A stretch of 54,201 nt of DNA, counting the filler, from Sphacelaria rigidula (taxonomy: Eukaryota), in assembly GCA_964200075.2 (NCBI GenBank). It is 4 parts of 4 records of this genome, joined end to end, with 100 filler letters (N's around TTAATTAATTAA, not from the genome) between each part and the next. Parts side by side here need not be neighbours in the genome. Positions count along the whole stretch, not along the records: positions 1 to 13,479 come from CAXNAA020002856.1; 3 more parts are not named here. The stretch is one strand, 5' to 3'. Positions 1 to 12,697 of the stretch are shown here, in pieces. The notes under the pieces are model-generated. The model was not told the origin of the DNA and ran no database searches. It was given only the letters and a program-made list of their open reading frames with translations. The translations under genes were made by a program, and so were the position numbers. Position 1 is the stretch's first letter, and every line of letters begins with the position of its first letter.

Positions 1-531
1 GAAATCGGGATTTAGGCATGTCGAATCACCTTTGACTTTCACCACAGTTCTTAGAGCCTCAGGATGGAACATGCATCCATGACCCATGATATAATTCCAG
101 TCTATTATGGCACATGTAGTCGCATTCAGGTAGGCGACATTCAGATATTGAATTTTCTCAGGCCGGTGTTGGTCCCAAAAGCACAGACCCTATCGCAGCA
201 TCGCTCTGTTCAAGAAATAAATGTGAGCATCAAGGCTGGATCAACTCGTACGGTATCCAACCGTTTCTATGGAGTGAACGCACGCATCGCACACACGCGT
301 GTGCGATTTTCTCGAATTGGTGACTGCGGCAGTAATAGCAAGAGTGCTGCCTGCTGCCTACTGACGTACGAAAATAATAGAGGAGTGCAAATATTATGGT
401 TATAAGCCATTATTTCATTATTTATAAACGGAAGCTGCTGTGACATATGCGATGGGGGGCATTTTTCCCTCCACACTGAAGACTTGCGTCAAAAATTTTA
501 TCATCTTCAGTACAACCATTCATTGCCGTCC

Positions 532-876
532 GCCCCGGCGGCTCAGTTGGTAACCTCAAACCCCTCTGACGGTCGAAACACGGGTTTGAATCTCGGTGAA
601 GTCACACGAACTGGGATTTTTTCTCACATCGTGCCCAGCAACGGAGAGCGACTACGTCGTGGGTACACAACATCCGACTGCACGGTCGATGAGGGAAAGG
701 GAAAAATGAACCCTCCGCACGATGAAAAGATGCCTTTGCAGTGCTGCAAAAAGACAAGAAAAAATTAAAACTCCTGTGTTGACCCTCCCGTGTGACCCTG
801 GTTGCTGCGCCTACATATATCGAAAAGTGTAGACTGGCGTCCAGAATAAATGGGATGACAGCACACTCACACACAT
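532..876 (+). mobile_element. tRNA-derived SINE-like element, full-length copy
   Basis: Head gccccggcggctcagttggt (A box) ... gggtttgaatctc (degenerate B box). The body is shared with 22164-22517 and 45223-45576. The 3' end is gtgtagactggcgtccagaataaatgggatgacag followed by a CA-rich tail. Confidence 0.75.
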
Positions 877-1534
877 AAAACCGTTCATTCATTTTAGTAA
901 GTTGTTCCATATATATTCGACAGTTGGAGTGATGTTTGGAAATGTGTTGGTGTCCATGAGCTTGAGCCGATATCTCGAGCCGTCTCAGCGTGGTGTGAAG
1001 ATTCAGGGCAAAAGCACGTGCTATAGGCGGTTGGCTGTGGCAACGAATAATTGAGGCGTTGATTTGCCAGTAAAAGAGGGTGACGGCTCCTCATGGCGCG
1101 TGGGGGCGTGTATGCGTGAGAGCGGGTGGGCCCTGTTTGCTGCATGGCGATGCGTGTGCAGACATCCTTTTCTGTTGATCTATTATGTGCTCACAGCCTA
1201 CGCCATCCCATGCCGCGCCAAATATTGCGTGATACATTGGGATGGGTTCGTCGACAGTATTCCAAGTTTTACTGAATATTTGGGCGAACTACAATTTCTA
1301 CACCAAATATCCCAAGGATGTAAAAAAGCACACGTCTGACACGTCACGTACGGGTCCTAGCCCAACCCCAAACAACAATTGCAGCCCCAAGCCTCTATCA
1401 CCACATTTACTCGAAACGGGTACGAGTGTACACCAGTGGAGGCTACATTCCCCACTCGTACCGCTCTACGCCAGGAAACACGGAGGATAAACATGCGAAA
1501 CGGTCATGAATGGGTGACACTGCAAGTTGGAATT

Positions 1535-2029
1535 CTACTTGACGGGCGCATGATCTCGCCAATACGCCACGCTTTCGTTATACTTTTCTCTGTCTAGCCC
1601 CACCCCCGATCCTCCTTCCTCTTTGCCCAGCGCGTTCCGCATCATCGTGATGGGCTGCATCGGTATCTCGTGATCAACGTCCTGAGCCTTGACAGATATG
1701 ATTCCCCATGGTGCCTCGGATGGCGATTCGTCCTTGCCTGTTGCTGCGTTTTCCTTTCGAATTTGCTCTCGGCTGCATGAACAGAAGGAAACGAAACGCA
1801 CGATCAGCAGGAGCAGCAAGCCATTGGCGAAGGGGTACGTCTTATAATGGAGCATACACGTAGCGGTAAAAATGGATGGAATATTCCAAGAGGTTGATGC
1901 ACGCGACCATACGGAGGGGGGGGGGGGGGGGGAATACTGATTTTCCCCGGCGGGGGTAGCAGCCCAGTGCCCTCGCATACCTACCACTTTCGGGCGGNNN
2001 NNNNNNNGGTGCACAATGTGAGGGCGGGG

Positions 2030-2062
<33 letters not shown>

Positions 2063-4966
2063 CGTACTCATGATCTTGCCTGGCGTGGTCATCAGACCAT
2101 TGACCTCGCATACCTACAACTTCAGGACGGGGCACGACGGGTTTTCACCGGACCAGGCTCGCAATCACTCACCAAGACCGAAGCGCTGTGGTGTGCTTGG
2201 CGAGTCGCATGAAGTGTGAGCTGCATTCTGCTAAGATTTTCGGCTTGACGTGTACTGATTATCTTGCATTTGAATGACAGCCTTGAATGAGTTGCTTCGT
2301 TTCCTGGTATCGCCAATTCCAGATACAGTCATGGCTTACGCACTGCCTCATGAGTAGCTCGTCGTCCAAACACCACTTAGTATGATTATCCCCTTTGCGC
2401 GGAATGGAGGTTCCCTCGCCCCGCACAACATGATTTAGCTCAATCCACCATCATGGTTACCCCCAAAAAACGCGAGCGCGCAATCTGGTTGCGTAGCTTA
2501 CGCAGTGAGTGGCGTGCTTTACAGCGACATCGCCAACCGACGCCAACCCCATAGGGGGTATCTAGCGGGCGGGGGGGGGGGGGGATTGAAACGTTTGAAA
2601 AAAAAAAAGGGGGCCCGGGGGAAAAAAAAAGACGGGAGAGAAAAAGAAGGGNNNNNNNNNNGTGGAGAGCAACGCGGGGGGGGGGGGGTATTAAACAGCA
2701 ACCCCCCACCCGGACGCAACCCGAGGGGGGGGTAGGGGGGGGGGGGGGGGGGGGGGATTGTAACGTTTGAAAAAAAAAATCGAGGCCTGAGTGAAAAAAT
2801 ATGACGCGAGATAAACAGCATGGCAGAGGCAATGAATGCTGACATTAGTACCTGTAGAGGATTATATCCAGATATTTAGCCTCGGGCGTCTCCACCGTGC
2901 CTAACGCGAACCATCGCGAAAGCACAGGTAACTCCTAAAACGCAATCAACACAACACGTGCAACGCAAGGAAGTCGATGTTCATGAGCAGCGCCAACACG
3001 CTGTCGCCGCAAGAAATCAAAATGAGCCTGAATGCTGAAAGAAAGGAGAGGCGAACGAACACACAGAGCGCGCTGCCGAGCAAGACCCTGTGGCCATCTA
3101 TGAACTGCGCTACGTCTTGCAACAATTATCCTCAAGTGCCATACTGAGCCAGAGTTAGCACATCCCATGTTGTGCGTGCAGCGTAGATATAAACTAGCGG
3201 GACAGAACACTAGGTTGAGGGCACTGGACATTTGGCATACATATACTCGATCAAGTTGCGCACGTTAGAGGCAGGCCTGCACAAGTGCGCACGTGCAGCG
3301 TTTCTTGCGGCTTCCTCCGCGTACCTTTGGTGTCCTCGCTTCGTATCCTGTCTCCAGAAGATGTCGATTTTCTGGTGTGATTGTGATTGTGCTTGTTTTC
3401 ACTCCCGCGAAATTTGGTACGAACACGTGCTTGCAGAATGGAGCGTATCTGGCACAGGTCAAGCAAATGCCGACAAGATGCGGGCGGTCTCATCAAGGGA
3501 ACAAAACACAGGATCGGAATGATTTCACCAGGAGTAGCTCGTATGTTCGGTACGACAAGCTTCTCGAGCAGTCGGGCTTTTCGAGTAGATCCAGCTCGCT
3601 GTGGAATCACGCCACGCCGACTGGAAGGAATTCGACACCAACTAGGCCACAGCGGCGGAACCTTAGCGCGTACATTCCCTGTAAGAGGTGGAGGCCTAAC
3701 GTTCGTCACTAGGGGATCAACCACTGTGCCACGCGTAGAAGATCATCCATGCATCTGCACAAAACTGATATAGTGCACGATACACGAAACTGCTCAATCC
3801 AATTTGAAGATACAAAGCCTAACAGAGATAGCGCATCCTCACCCGTCCACCAACTTGCTGCCGGCAGCTCGAAACATCTCGTTCACCTAGAAGACGTGGC
3901 GGTTGAGGATTGCATGGACGTAGGTTAACCAAAAGTGTCGCAGGAACGGGCTCCAGCAAACTGCCGCGTCCGAGACAGTAGAGGTCTCTGAAAGAGTCTG
4001 CGCGAATGCCCACCAAAGGCTTCAAGGTTGCCCAGCAATTGATTGTGCTGCCGATTCTTCATAAGGTCAATAGACGCTAATGGATCGCTGATTTCAGCAT
4101 CACGGACCCGCCGGGGCTGATTTAATACTCACTACATCAACGGTGCCTTGTGAGTACATACCTGCACGACGCCAAGTACATTGTGTAGTGTCGAGCTCTC
4201 TTTCACCGTATCTTAGGCCGGTTCAATACTCGTATACTTGTACACCCATATTTTTCTTCACAAACCCGTGCTTGTTACACGTCTCGGAAGCGACCCACTC
4301 AATCGTGTACAAGCTAAAACAGGGCGACGCTCCAACGCACCTTCTGAGGCCTGCTAACTGCACGGCTGGACGAGCCGACGGATACGGATGTAAGTAACAC
4401 AACAGTGCCACGGCAAAACTGGAGCTCTAACCTTGTCTTCAAACGCGTTTGGATCGTAGTCCACCTTCGTGCCTGTGTAGTCAGGGTCCGTGAATTGCCT
4501 CATGGCGAAGTCATCTGCTCACATCACATCGAGTCACGAGGCTAAGTCAGAATATCCCTTCGCGACGACAGCGGGTAAGAACCAACCACGTCAGCCGTAT
4601 TTCTCTGCAATCAAGGAAGGTATCACTGCCTCAGGGTGCATCGTAGAACTGCAGAATAGGGGTGAAAGATGGGCATCGAATACGGCATGCCACTGATGAT
4701 GAAGCGTTCCGTCGAGCCTATCGGGCATGTCGTCGCCTAACCCCCTTTAGGCCCTACTTGGCCTTCTTTTCACTCGTGGTTCATCTCCGTGACCGAGAGT
4801 GCCAATGAGGCCGTTCAACCAAACGTTTGCTATTGTAAAAAGACACTCAAATGGCTGGTGCGGATGCATTGAACGTTTACTGAACCACCGCTTCAAGCCA
4901 AAGCTTACTGTATATTCGGTCCAGCAACTTACCCATCACCAGCTCGTTCGCCACAGAGGTTGTCAT
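1535..4966 (-). CDS. DUF3228-family protein, 6 coding exons, 201 aa: complement(join(1535..1772,2852..2934,3325..3448,3843..3886,4432..4514,4933..4966))
   Basis: All introns are GT-AG with matching phases and the exons total 606 nt. Spliced protein: MTTSVANELVM|DDFAMRQFTDPDYTGTKVDYDPNAFEDK|VNEMFRAAGSKLVD|GYAPFCKHVFVPNF...GYEARTPK|ELPVLSRWF...AKYLDIILY|SREQI...WGIISVKAQDVDHEIPMQPITMMRNALGKEEGGSGVGLDREKYNESVAYWRDHAPVK*. I recognise the motifs LVDGYAPFCKH, YLDIILYSREQ and PMxPITMMRNAL...EEGGSGV from DUF3228 proteins (recall, no database search). Confidence 0.9.
1915..2460 (+). repeat. Dispersed G-tract-bounded repeat family, copy 1 (last intron of the DUF3228 gene)
   Basis: tactcatgatcttg...ccattgacctcgcat...gagtcgcatgaag...gaatgagttgcttc...ccccgcacaa is shared with 46245-46660 (+) and 42672-42978 (-). 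Confidence 0.7.
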
Positions 4967-7900
4967 CGTCGCCTGTTCAGCACAACAACGGGATATAGCG
5001 ACGGTGGTTGGTGTCGGAAACTAATGACAACATGCTCCATTTTACGATGAATGTGTCTGTGGCTCTGTCCAGTGGGTTGCTCCTTCAACTGGCGGGAGAG
5101 GCCAGAAGCTCCACTGAACTGACGAGCATTGAGTCCCAGTGAGTCGAGTGACATTACTATTTCACGAAAATAGGGGACGGGACGGTCTGGCTCGAGTCAC
5201 AAGACTAAACCCCCATGTTGGGAGACGAATCTTGAATCATGCCACTCATTCCCCCGAACGGGGAAAAGCTCTGACTCGAGGAACGCGTCCGAATAATTCA
5301 GGAAAATGAAGATGAGCAGACTCGAGTCACGAGGCTTATGCAGGAAAACGGGTGAAGAGCTGACTGACGCTATCACAAACCGTTCGAAACATTCCCACGA
5401 GTAAATCAACAACTCCGGGCCCCACTATCAAGACTCGGACTCGTTCGACGTGTGAAAAGCCTCAACGGAAGAATCGCGTCAGACTTGAATGTGTTGGCCA
5501 CTTGATGTGACGAGAAAAGCCAGATGGTGGCGTTCGGGTACTGCCTACTACACTACGGGAAGGGTTGTTTCCCCGATGCCTTGGATCCTATGGACGGGGG
5601 CCTTGAGTTTTCTCCCAGGAGCCCGCCCCCGTGCCCACCGCCGCGCGCCGATTTTTGGGGGTGAAATTCGGATTTGTCGCAACCAAGGCAGCGACCAGGC
5701 ATCATCTCCTTTTCTGGATACTAATTCCGGACAGCTGCAACGTGCCCACTCCTCGTTCCCCCCCACCCCTGGCTGTTCTGCCGATTATAGGAGTTTCCGG
5801 GATATGGCTCCTAAGGCAATTTCCTACGAGTTCTCTTGACCATGAAACATGGGTGACGTCCTTCACCAACCAGGACAAACGCTGACTGCGAGACTACACC
5901 TTTGACCATGGTGCCCAGCATGTCCACATTCAGCATATTTTACGGTGCTCTGTGGCTACAGCAGCTCGAATAATCTGGGGTATATAATATCCCTTATTGG
6001 CCAAGGGGTAGGTACGAGGGTAGCGGAATGGACCAGGATCCAAACTGCCTTCTCGTGGGAGGGCTTTGATGGCACCACATCAGAGCGCATGTGAGAAGGT
6101 CATGAACCGAACGTCAGATTCTCGAGTTGTTGAATCAACATGGCCAACTACATTCTCCGCATAGATACTACAAGAGTACAGAGAGAAGAACGACGAGGCA
6201 TTTGCGAGCAAAAAGGGTGGGCCATCTCTAAGTCTAGGCACTACACCCCCCTCCCCCGCCCCTCCCTTGTCAGCCTCGTGGAAAACTTGAAACAACTAAC
6301 AATTTGGCCGAAAACCGCTGCAAAAGCAATCTGAAGGCCGCTGCGAGGCACTGCATTATTGTAGCTGCAGGAAGGATCGAACGTAGAAAGGCAAGTGAGT
6401 GGTTAGATGTACGTTAATGATTTTTTTTTCACCATTTTAACAGGACGCGGTGCAGCTTCCTCGAAGCTCCAAAACTTAGCAGCCTTACTGATCTTTTCTA
6501 AGTAATCACACCAGTTCGACCTTTCTGACTCGCGCTTAACTCGTACTCAAACTGTTGTCTCGAAAACAGTGTGCGAGTGCAGCATTGCCCCGAGACTTTC
6601 CACAAGATGAACCACTTGACTTTTCAGAAGCTGGACTGCGCCTAGCACTTAGTTACTCGCATTTCAGATAACCTCCTCTCTCCGCCAAGCTGTGGTTGAT
6701 ATTTTTTTTGGGGGGGGGTGGTGCCTGGACTGAGAGATACGCCTCCCTGCCCTCGCTCCGGCGATGATTTCCGACTTCGCTTGCTACGACAACTGCACCG
6801 CAGCAGTGTCATCGACAATATCTCAGGGAAACGTGCGACTCACGACATCTCACGTGCGGGTAGGTTGTTGCTGCTCGAATATCAACTCAGAGTAAGTATT
6901 AGTGGGAGTGTTGCTCCGCTCCTTCATGCCTTTGTACTGCACTCTCCCGTATGTGCGGTGGTGCAATATCATGACAGTAGTATCACACGCTCCGCTCGAC
7001 CATGTCTCTGTCCTGTGTTCTCGTTACCTGCCACCGCTTAGTAATGGAAGTGCGCGATTTCGGAGTTGAAGACGCGAATCCTGAAGAAAAACGTGGCGTG
7101 AATACTCTAGCTCTCCACGCACAGACTGTAGTTGCTCTAGCAGAGATAAGCAGAGAGCAGGCCAATGCTCGAGCCCCCATGTGCACCTAGTATATGACGC
7201 GCCCTGCTACACAATAATCACCGGTTCTGTGACCCCAGACTTCGCAGACCCGAAGTAACAAAAACGTGCTGTTTTTGAACTAGAGACATTCTCTGATCCT
7301 GCCGAAGGTAGCACGGACTGGTGTCGGATCTAAGTAAGAGTTCGATTAATTCAGCGAAGCAAAAATGTCATCTACTGCGCCAATCCCATGAGAATGATGA
7401 TCGTCCCAGAAAAATCGCCAACTACACAATATTATTTTAATCAGGGTCGAACATCAATCAATCAAAGTATATCCAGTCACGACGGTTACGATCTATGACG
7501 TCACCAACACAAACGCGGCTTGATTTTACAGGAACAGGTGAAGTTACACGGTCGCGTAGCAGTACGTCAATGCCGCAAGACCACTTCTTGGTTGCAGCTC
7601 ACTAGGGATTGTGCAAGTAAGGGGCCGGCCAGAGTCCTACGCTGAAATCAAGGTGGGGTTTCGAATGTCAATCGCGACGAATGCAAACATTGTATAGCGT
7701 TGCACAACTCCACACTACACATTAACAGAACAGAGCTGCTCTCTCTCGATATACTACAACAGGCTGCAGAAGCTGTCGTGTACGAAGAGCTGTGGCAATC
7801 GTACCGCAATAGACTAGCGAGTGCCTGTATCGGTAAATCGTTTCTTAGCGCAAATCATGAGCGACACAGCACAGCTGTGACTCTTTCTGTCGGCGCCGGA

Positions 7901-8249
7901 GTAGCAGCGACGTAAGCTGTCGGTGCACCGAGAATCTCGCTCTTGACTGTACCCGTGTACCCGTCGCTGCACACCTTCCCCCTCCCGACTACTACTGTTT
8001 GTACTGACGATACTATACAAAAATGTCGTCAAGTTCGGTGTGGTGTTGCTGCTCGAGTAGTTCCGATCGTACCGCGTTGCTTTTGGCATACGCCTGGTAC
8101 AGCGAGTACTATCGAATTGTGCCCTTGCTCTGCATTTTTGTAATATCGCCTGACCCGTTCGTTCGTACTTTCGGGATTCGAAGAGCGTACTCAAACGTTC
8201 TTCTTCTGGCCTCGCCACCACACAGGTGTTCCAAAACGAGATCCACAGT

Positions 8250-9963
8250 ATGCTTTCAAGGGCGCTTGGTGCGGCAGCGGGCACACCCGCGGCAGTAGCT
8301 GCTGGGCGGCGAGGGATAGCCTCGAGTGCGGCGAGACTGGCCGAGCGAAAATTTCTCGTCGGGGGCAACTGGAAATGCAATGGATCCGTTTCCAAGGTGT
8401 GGTGTTGTTGGTATAGGGGTTGGTGTTGGTGTTAGCGCTGATCGTGAAGTTAGGCTTAGCCCAGTATCTACAGGCTACAGTTCTGGTGGTTGCCGCAGAG
8501 AGACGTCGGCGACACCCGCGTTGCTTTGCGGAAGCGGCTCAAGATTTACTGTTCGGTCGCTACTTCGCATTAAAGGGTATTATCGCCCCCGTGAAAAACA
8601 CTATGCAGTAAGTGGTGTTGGCGATGTAGCGATGTTCTGACGCTTCCTGCTCCCTAGATAGGGTAGTTTCGAGCTCGCAGTTGCGTGACCTCTTCCTTTT
8701 GAGCGCTGATTCGCAGACATACGGCGAGCATGCGCCTTCACTTACACTGTAGCATGCCGTACTCGCATAGCAGTGCATTTATGAGCACGGTATCAGCGTC
8801 CACCGTTTATAATGAACGCACGGAGTAGATGGGGTACGCGGGTTGCGCTACAGTATGACGGCGGTAAACGAATGCGAATTGTGCGCAGTAGAGGATGCAC
8901 CGCAAAACCCACTTAGCGACGCCAGCATATCGGGCAAGGTGTAGATCGAGTTTGCACGACACCCAACACGACGAAAATGAGGTAAACATCTCTATGATAC
9001 AAATGAGTCTAAACAAGCTTGTCCGAGTACTGATGTATCTTCCGGCGTGCTGCCAGAACTTGCGGTCGGCACTCACGGTACTGCGGTGGGTCAACAGCTG
9101 AAGTAGTAGGGGGACAAGTCACTGTTGAATTTGCCCCCGCGGGAGCGGGTGTCAACACCCATGACTACAATGTTATCCTGTGCATGCTGTCTAGAACATT
9201 TCACATTTTGTGGTGCAATGTACTGGAGTTTCCTACTACTTGTTCGTATCTTCGCGTACGGCAATCACTTACAGCGTATGGATTGGCAAATGTACGTCAC
9301 CTCTGAGCAACTAGTACATGTCCTTGGGCGAAAAAATGCGAGGCCGACGTTTTCCCCCGATCTACCGGTACTGTCCCTCAATGCACTCAAAACATGAATC
9401 TTGCGATGTATCGCAGTGGATGTTACCTGGACTGTACTGCCTTTTCACTCTCCGTTAACATATATGTGCTGCCGTATCACCGTTTATTATTGCCCCCCCC
9501 GTGTCAGTGTGACCACGCTTGATCTTTTTACGAGGCGTTACAGCCTGCACTATTCAAGGAGCAGATCTAGATATCGACAGATTTTCACGAGGCGTGTCCT
9601 TGGATGACGCTTTACATCGTTGTTATAAGCCTGTCGCTGACGAGGGAACAGGGTTTGAAAACATGGTGCCAAGGAGGGCAATGACACCTGGGATTTCGGT
9701 ATTTGGGCTCACCGAACCTGCAGATTGAATTCCCTCGCGTCATGTTCTTGTGCAAACAAAACGGCGTACTGGATTTTTCCCACGCGCTGTGCTTTTTCCG
9801 CAACTTGCACTCGCGAACAACTTTCAAATGGACTTCGAAACAGGTCGATGAACTGGTGGGTATCCTGAACAAGTCCAGCATAACATCCAATACGGAAGTT
9901 GTGGTGGCACCACCTGCCCTGTACCTTCAAGGAGTTGCGGGGTCACTGAGGGGTGACGTCAAG
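8250..9963 (+). CDS. TPI: Triosephosphate isomerase, exons 1-2 only (8250..8396, 9844..9963), with an N-terminal mitochondrial-type presequence; 3' exons not found before the contig ends at 13479
   Basis: Exon 1 encodes MLSRALGAAAGTPAAVAAGRRGIASSAARLAERKFLVGGNWKCNGSVSK, containing the TIM signature RKFxVGGNWKxNG with the catalytic Lys. Exon 2 encodes VDELVGILNKSSITSNTEVVVAPPALYLQGVAGSLRGDVK (EVVVAPP motif). Both junctions are phase 0 GT-AG. Confidence 0.9.
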
Positions 9964-10008
9964 GTATGTACCTTTTGCAGTCCCGTCCCCTAGCTAGGAG
10001 CAATTTTC

Positions 10009-10799
10009 CAAGTTTGTGTTCTGCAGGGTAAGGGTATGTTCGGAACTGTCACGTACTGGTGTGGAAGCCTCACAGGAGTCATAGAACTGTCGGGTATCAG
10101 TGTGGAAATCTTACGGAACTTACAGAACCTGTCGGGTACGGTACGGATAATGTACAGAAATCCTCGCCCGCAACCGAGTATTCCTACAAGGGTTTGCCCA
10201 TACCCCGGGTAAGGGTAACATTTCGTACAGATCGTACAGAACTGTCGGGTACAGGTATGGGAAACTTACAGAACTCACAGAACTCATCGTGTACGGATAA
10301 TAGCCGGGTAAACATCCCGGGTAAACAAAAACTCGCACACTGCAAACGAACATGAACTTGAAGTATTCCAAAATCATGCTTCTATGTTATCTTGGTGTTT
10401 GCGTATAGTTGGGTTTGGGTAAGCTTTGACATTTTTCATACTCCCTAGGGGGACGCTTAAAGAGGGAGACATGTTGTGTTCTGCTGGGCACGGGTATGTT
10501 CGCGAGGGTATGAAATTCCCGCAGCACTGACAGAACTGTCGCGTTCTGGTATGCAAATATTATAAAATCTTAAAAATCTGTCGGGTACGATTGTACGAAA
10601 ACCCTTACCCGCAACAGGGTGTATCTTCAAGGGTATGCCCGTACCGTGGGTAACAGTAAATGTTTCGTACATATTGTACCGAACTATCGGGTACCGGCTC
10701 GAGAGACTTGCAGAACTCACAGAACCTGTCGGGTACGAGCTATACCCGCGTAAATACCCCAGGCATACAAAAAATTGCACCCTACAGAACACAACCTTG
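10009..10799. mobile_element. Non-autonomous hAT-like element (two-part composite) in TPI intron 2
   Basis: TIRs caagtttgtgttctgcaggg / ccctacagaacacaaccttg. Flanking 8-mers are CAATTTTC and CAATTTCC (7/8 match). Internal acagaac(c)tgtcgggtac repeats are shared with 41131-41686. Confidence 0.75.
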
Positions 10800-12697
10800 C
10801 AATTTCCACTCGGTATGACCTCACAAATGTGAATTTCTGCATTGAAAAAGCACTACTGAAGCTATCGTTTAAACTTCGGAGATCGATGATCCAAATGACA
10901 TAGGTCCTTACGGGCTCTTGTGAGTTTGGGTTTGGTGGCGTGCCAATCATACGGGGAGCACTAGTATTCCCGCAGTGGTGGGTGCCTTAGTCTCCTCGAC
11001 CCATGCTCAATAGTACCTGCTGTACGCTAACTACGGCATAGCTCCCTGTCCAAGCGGGGATTTCCTGTTCGGACCGCGATCGGACTGTACATACAGGCAC
11101 GGTGACTGCGGACGAAAAAGCTGGTACTTGGAAGTTAGATTGCAATACTGCACGAGTGAGCCTTCATCTTGATGTGGCGTATGTTTTACCTTATTTAGAC
11201 CTAAGCCGGTAGCCAGCATTGCGCCACAATGTCCAGCTCGTATAGTGTCGTCGTTTTGTTGTCATTTTCCAAAGTCGCAGTCTCACGTTCTCGAGCGGCG
11301 CAGACCACAAAAGCACTCTTGATTGGTGAATCGATTGGTAAATCGATTGCCGCATATTACCTGACTCCCGAGGGATCCAGTCGCGGTCACGAGGCTCATT
11401 CGTCGGGATACGAACCTGCGAAAATCAGCCCGACGCGTTTGTGATGTACGAGCTTGCCTCCCGAGGCACGAACGCAGACGTGGTACGCACCGTGCATATG
11501 CTGCTGTAGGTCTGCCGCGTTGGGGTGTTTGTGCAGCCCTCTCTTTTCAATGTTGGATCCACCCCTCCCTGTTGAGTGTTCTCGTATGGTTGGTCAAATC
11601 AGTAACAGAACGAGCACCAAAAGCTGTGCCGAAAAATAGCATTATCGTCTTAGCTGTCTTTTAGTGACGCGTTTTTCGGTCAGCTGAAGCAGCAGAAGAG
11701 AGGAAGTGTATGCTGCGAGTGTCGTCTGGAAGGGCGCCACAGTATAACTGAGAGCCCCAGTAGAACTGGAGACTTACAAGAGTAAAGTTTATTAACACTC
11801 TGCAGTGAATCTCCACGTTGAGACTTCCCAGCCGTGTGGGTTGTTGCTGCCAAAACGAGACAAGTTTACCGGCGTTGGGCTACAAATGTCCATCGTTGTC
11901 ACAATTTTACAAGTATCGCTACCCCTATCCCTAACCCCAACCCAACGCATAGCGAGAACCCTCTAGCAAGGGAGGTACATACAAGCCCCAGGCAAAGTGT
12001 GGCCTTGGTAGACCCCAAATTGGCGCCTGTGGTGCCGATTTCAACAAAAACGCGTTCTGCGCATGCGAGGAGCACACGGGACTGTCAGCCCTACTCAAGC
12101 TACCATTCTTCTTGTTCTTACTCAAATCAAGTAATATCAACCATGGACATCTGTAGCCCAACGCCGGTAAACAAACTTTACTGGCCGGAACACGCTCGCA
12201 GTCAAACATCTCGTGAAAATCGGAGAAGTGCGTGTTCATTTTCTGTTTCTCCTCGAAGGAAGGAGAAAACCTTACCCGGCGTTTAACCCGCGAACGGGTC
12301 ATTGTTCCGATTCCCCGGGGGCTCGACTATTAATAGACCGCCGCACGGCAGGCATATGGGGGTAAGCGCCTCGAGCGTTCGAAAAGCTGTGCTCAAGGCA
12401 ATGTGGGAGTTGAACGCCCTGAAACCCCCTATCAACTTGGCGCAGTGCACGTGCCGCCCTACTCGCCCTACTCTCATGAGCTCATGCCCACGCGTAAGTA
12501 TGGTCCGTGTGTTGTTTCAGGTTGCCACGACCTAGGCAACACGTTTGTTGATGATTTCGTACGATCTAAGCATTTCGACTATCCTGTTGCTGTATACATG
12601 GCAGGGTCGAACAGGTCTACTTGACAGCTGTACAGAAATTGTATCATATTGTGATCTCTTGAACGTCGTTCGTATTTTTTTGGTGTATATATATATA

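Noticed and set aside
1535..2092. 185-aa ORF as a single-exon proline-rich protein
   Set aside because: Only 1535-1772 is coding (last DUF3228 exon). The poly-Pro part is translated intronic G-tract repeat.
11920..11945. Telomere-like ccctatccctaaccccaaccc
   Set aside because: It has only one exact CCCTAA unit and is internal and degenerate.
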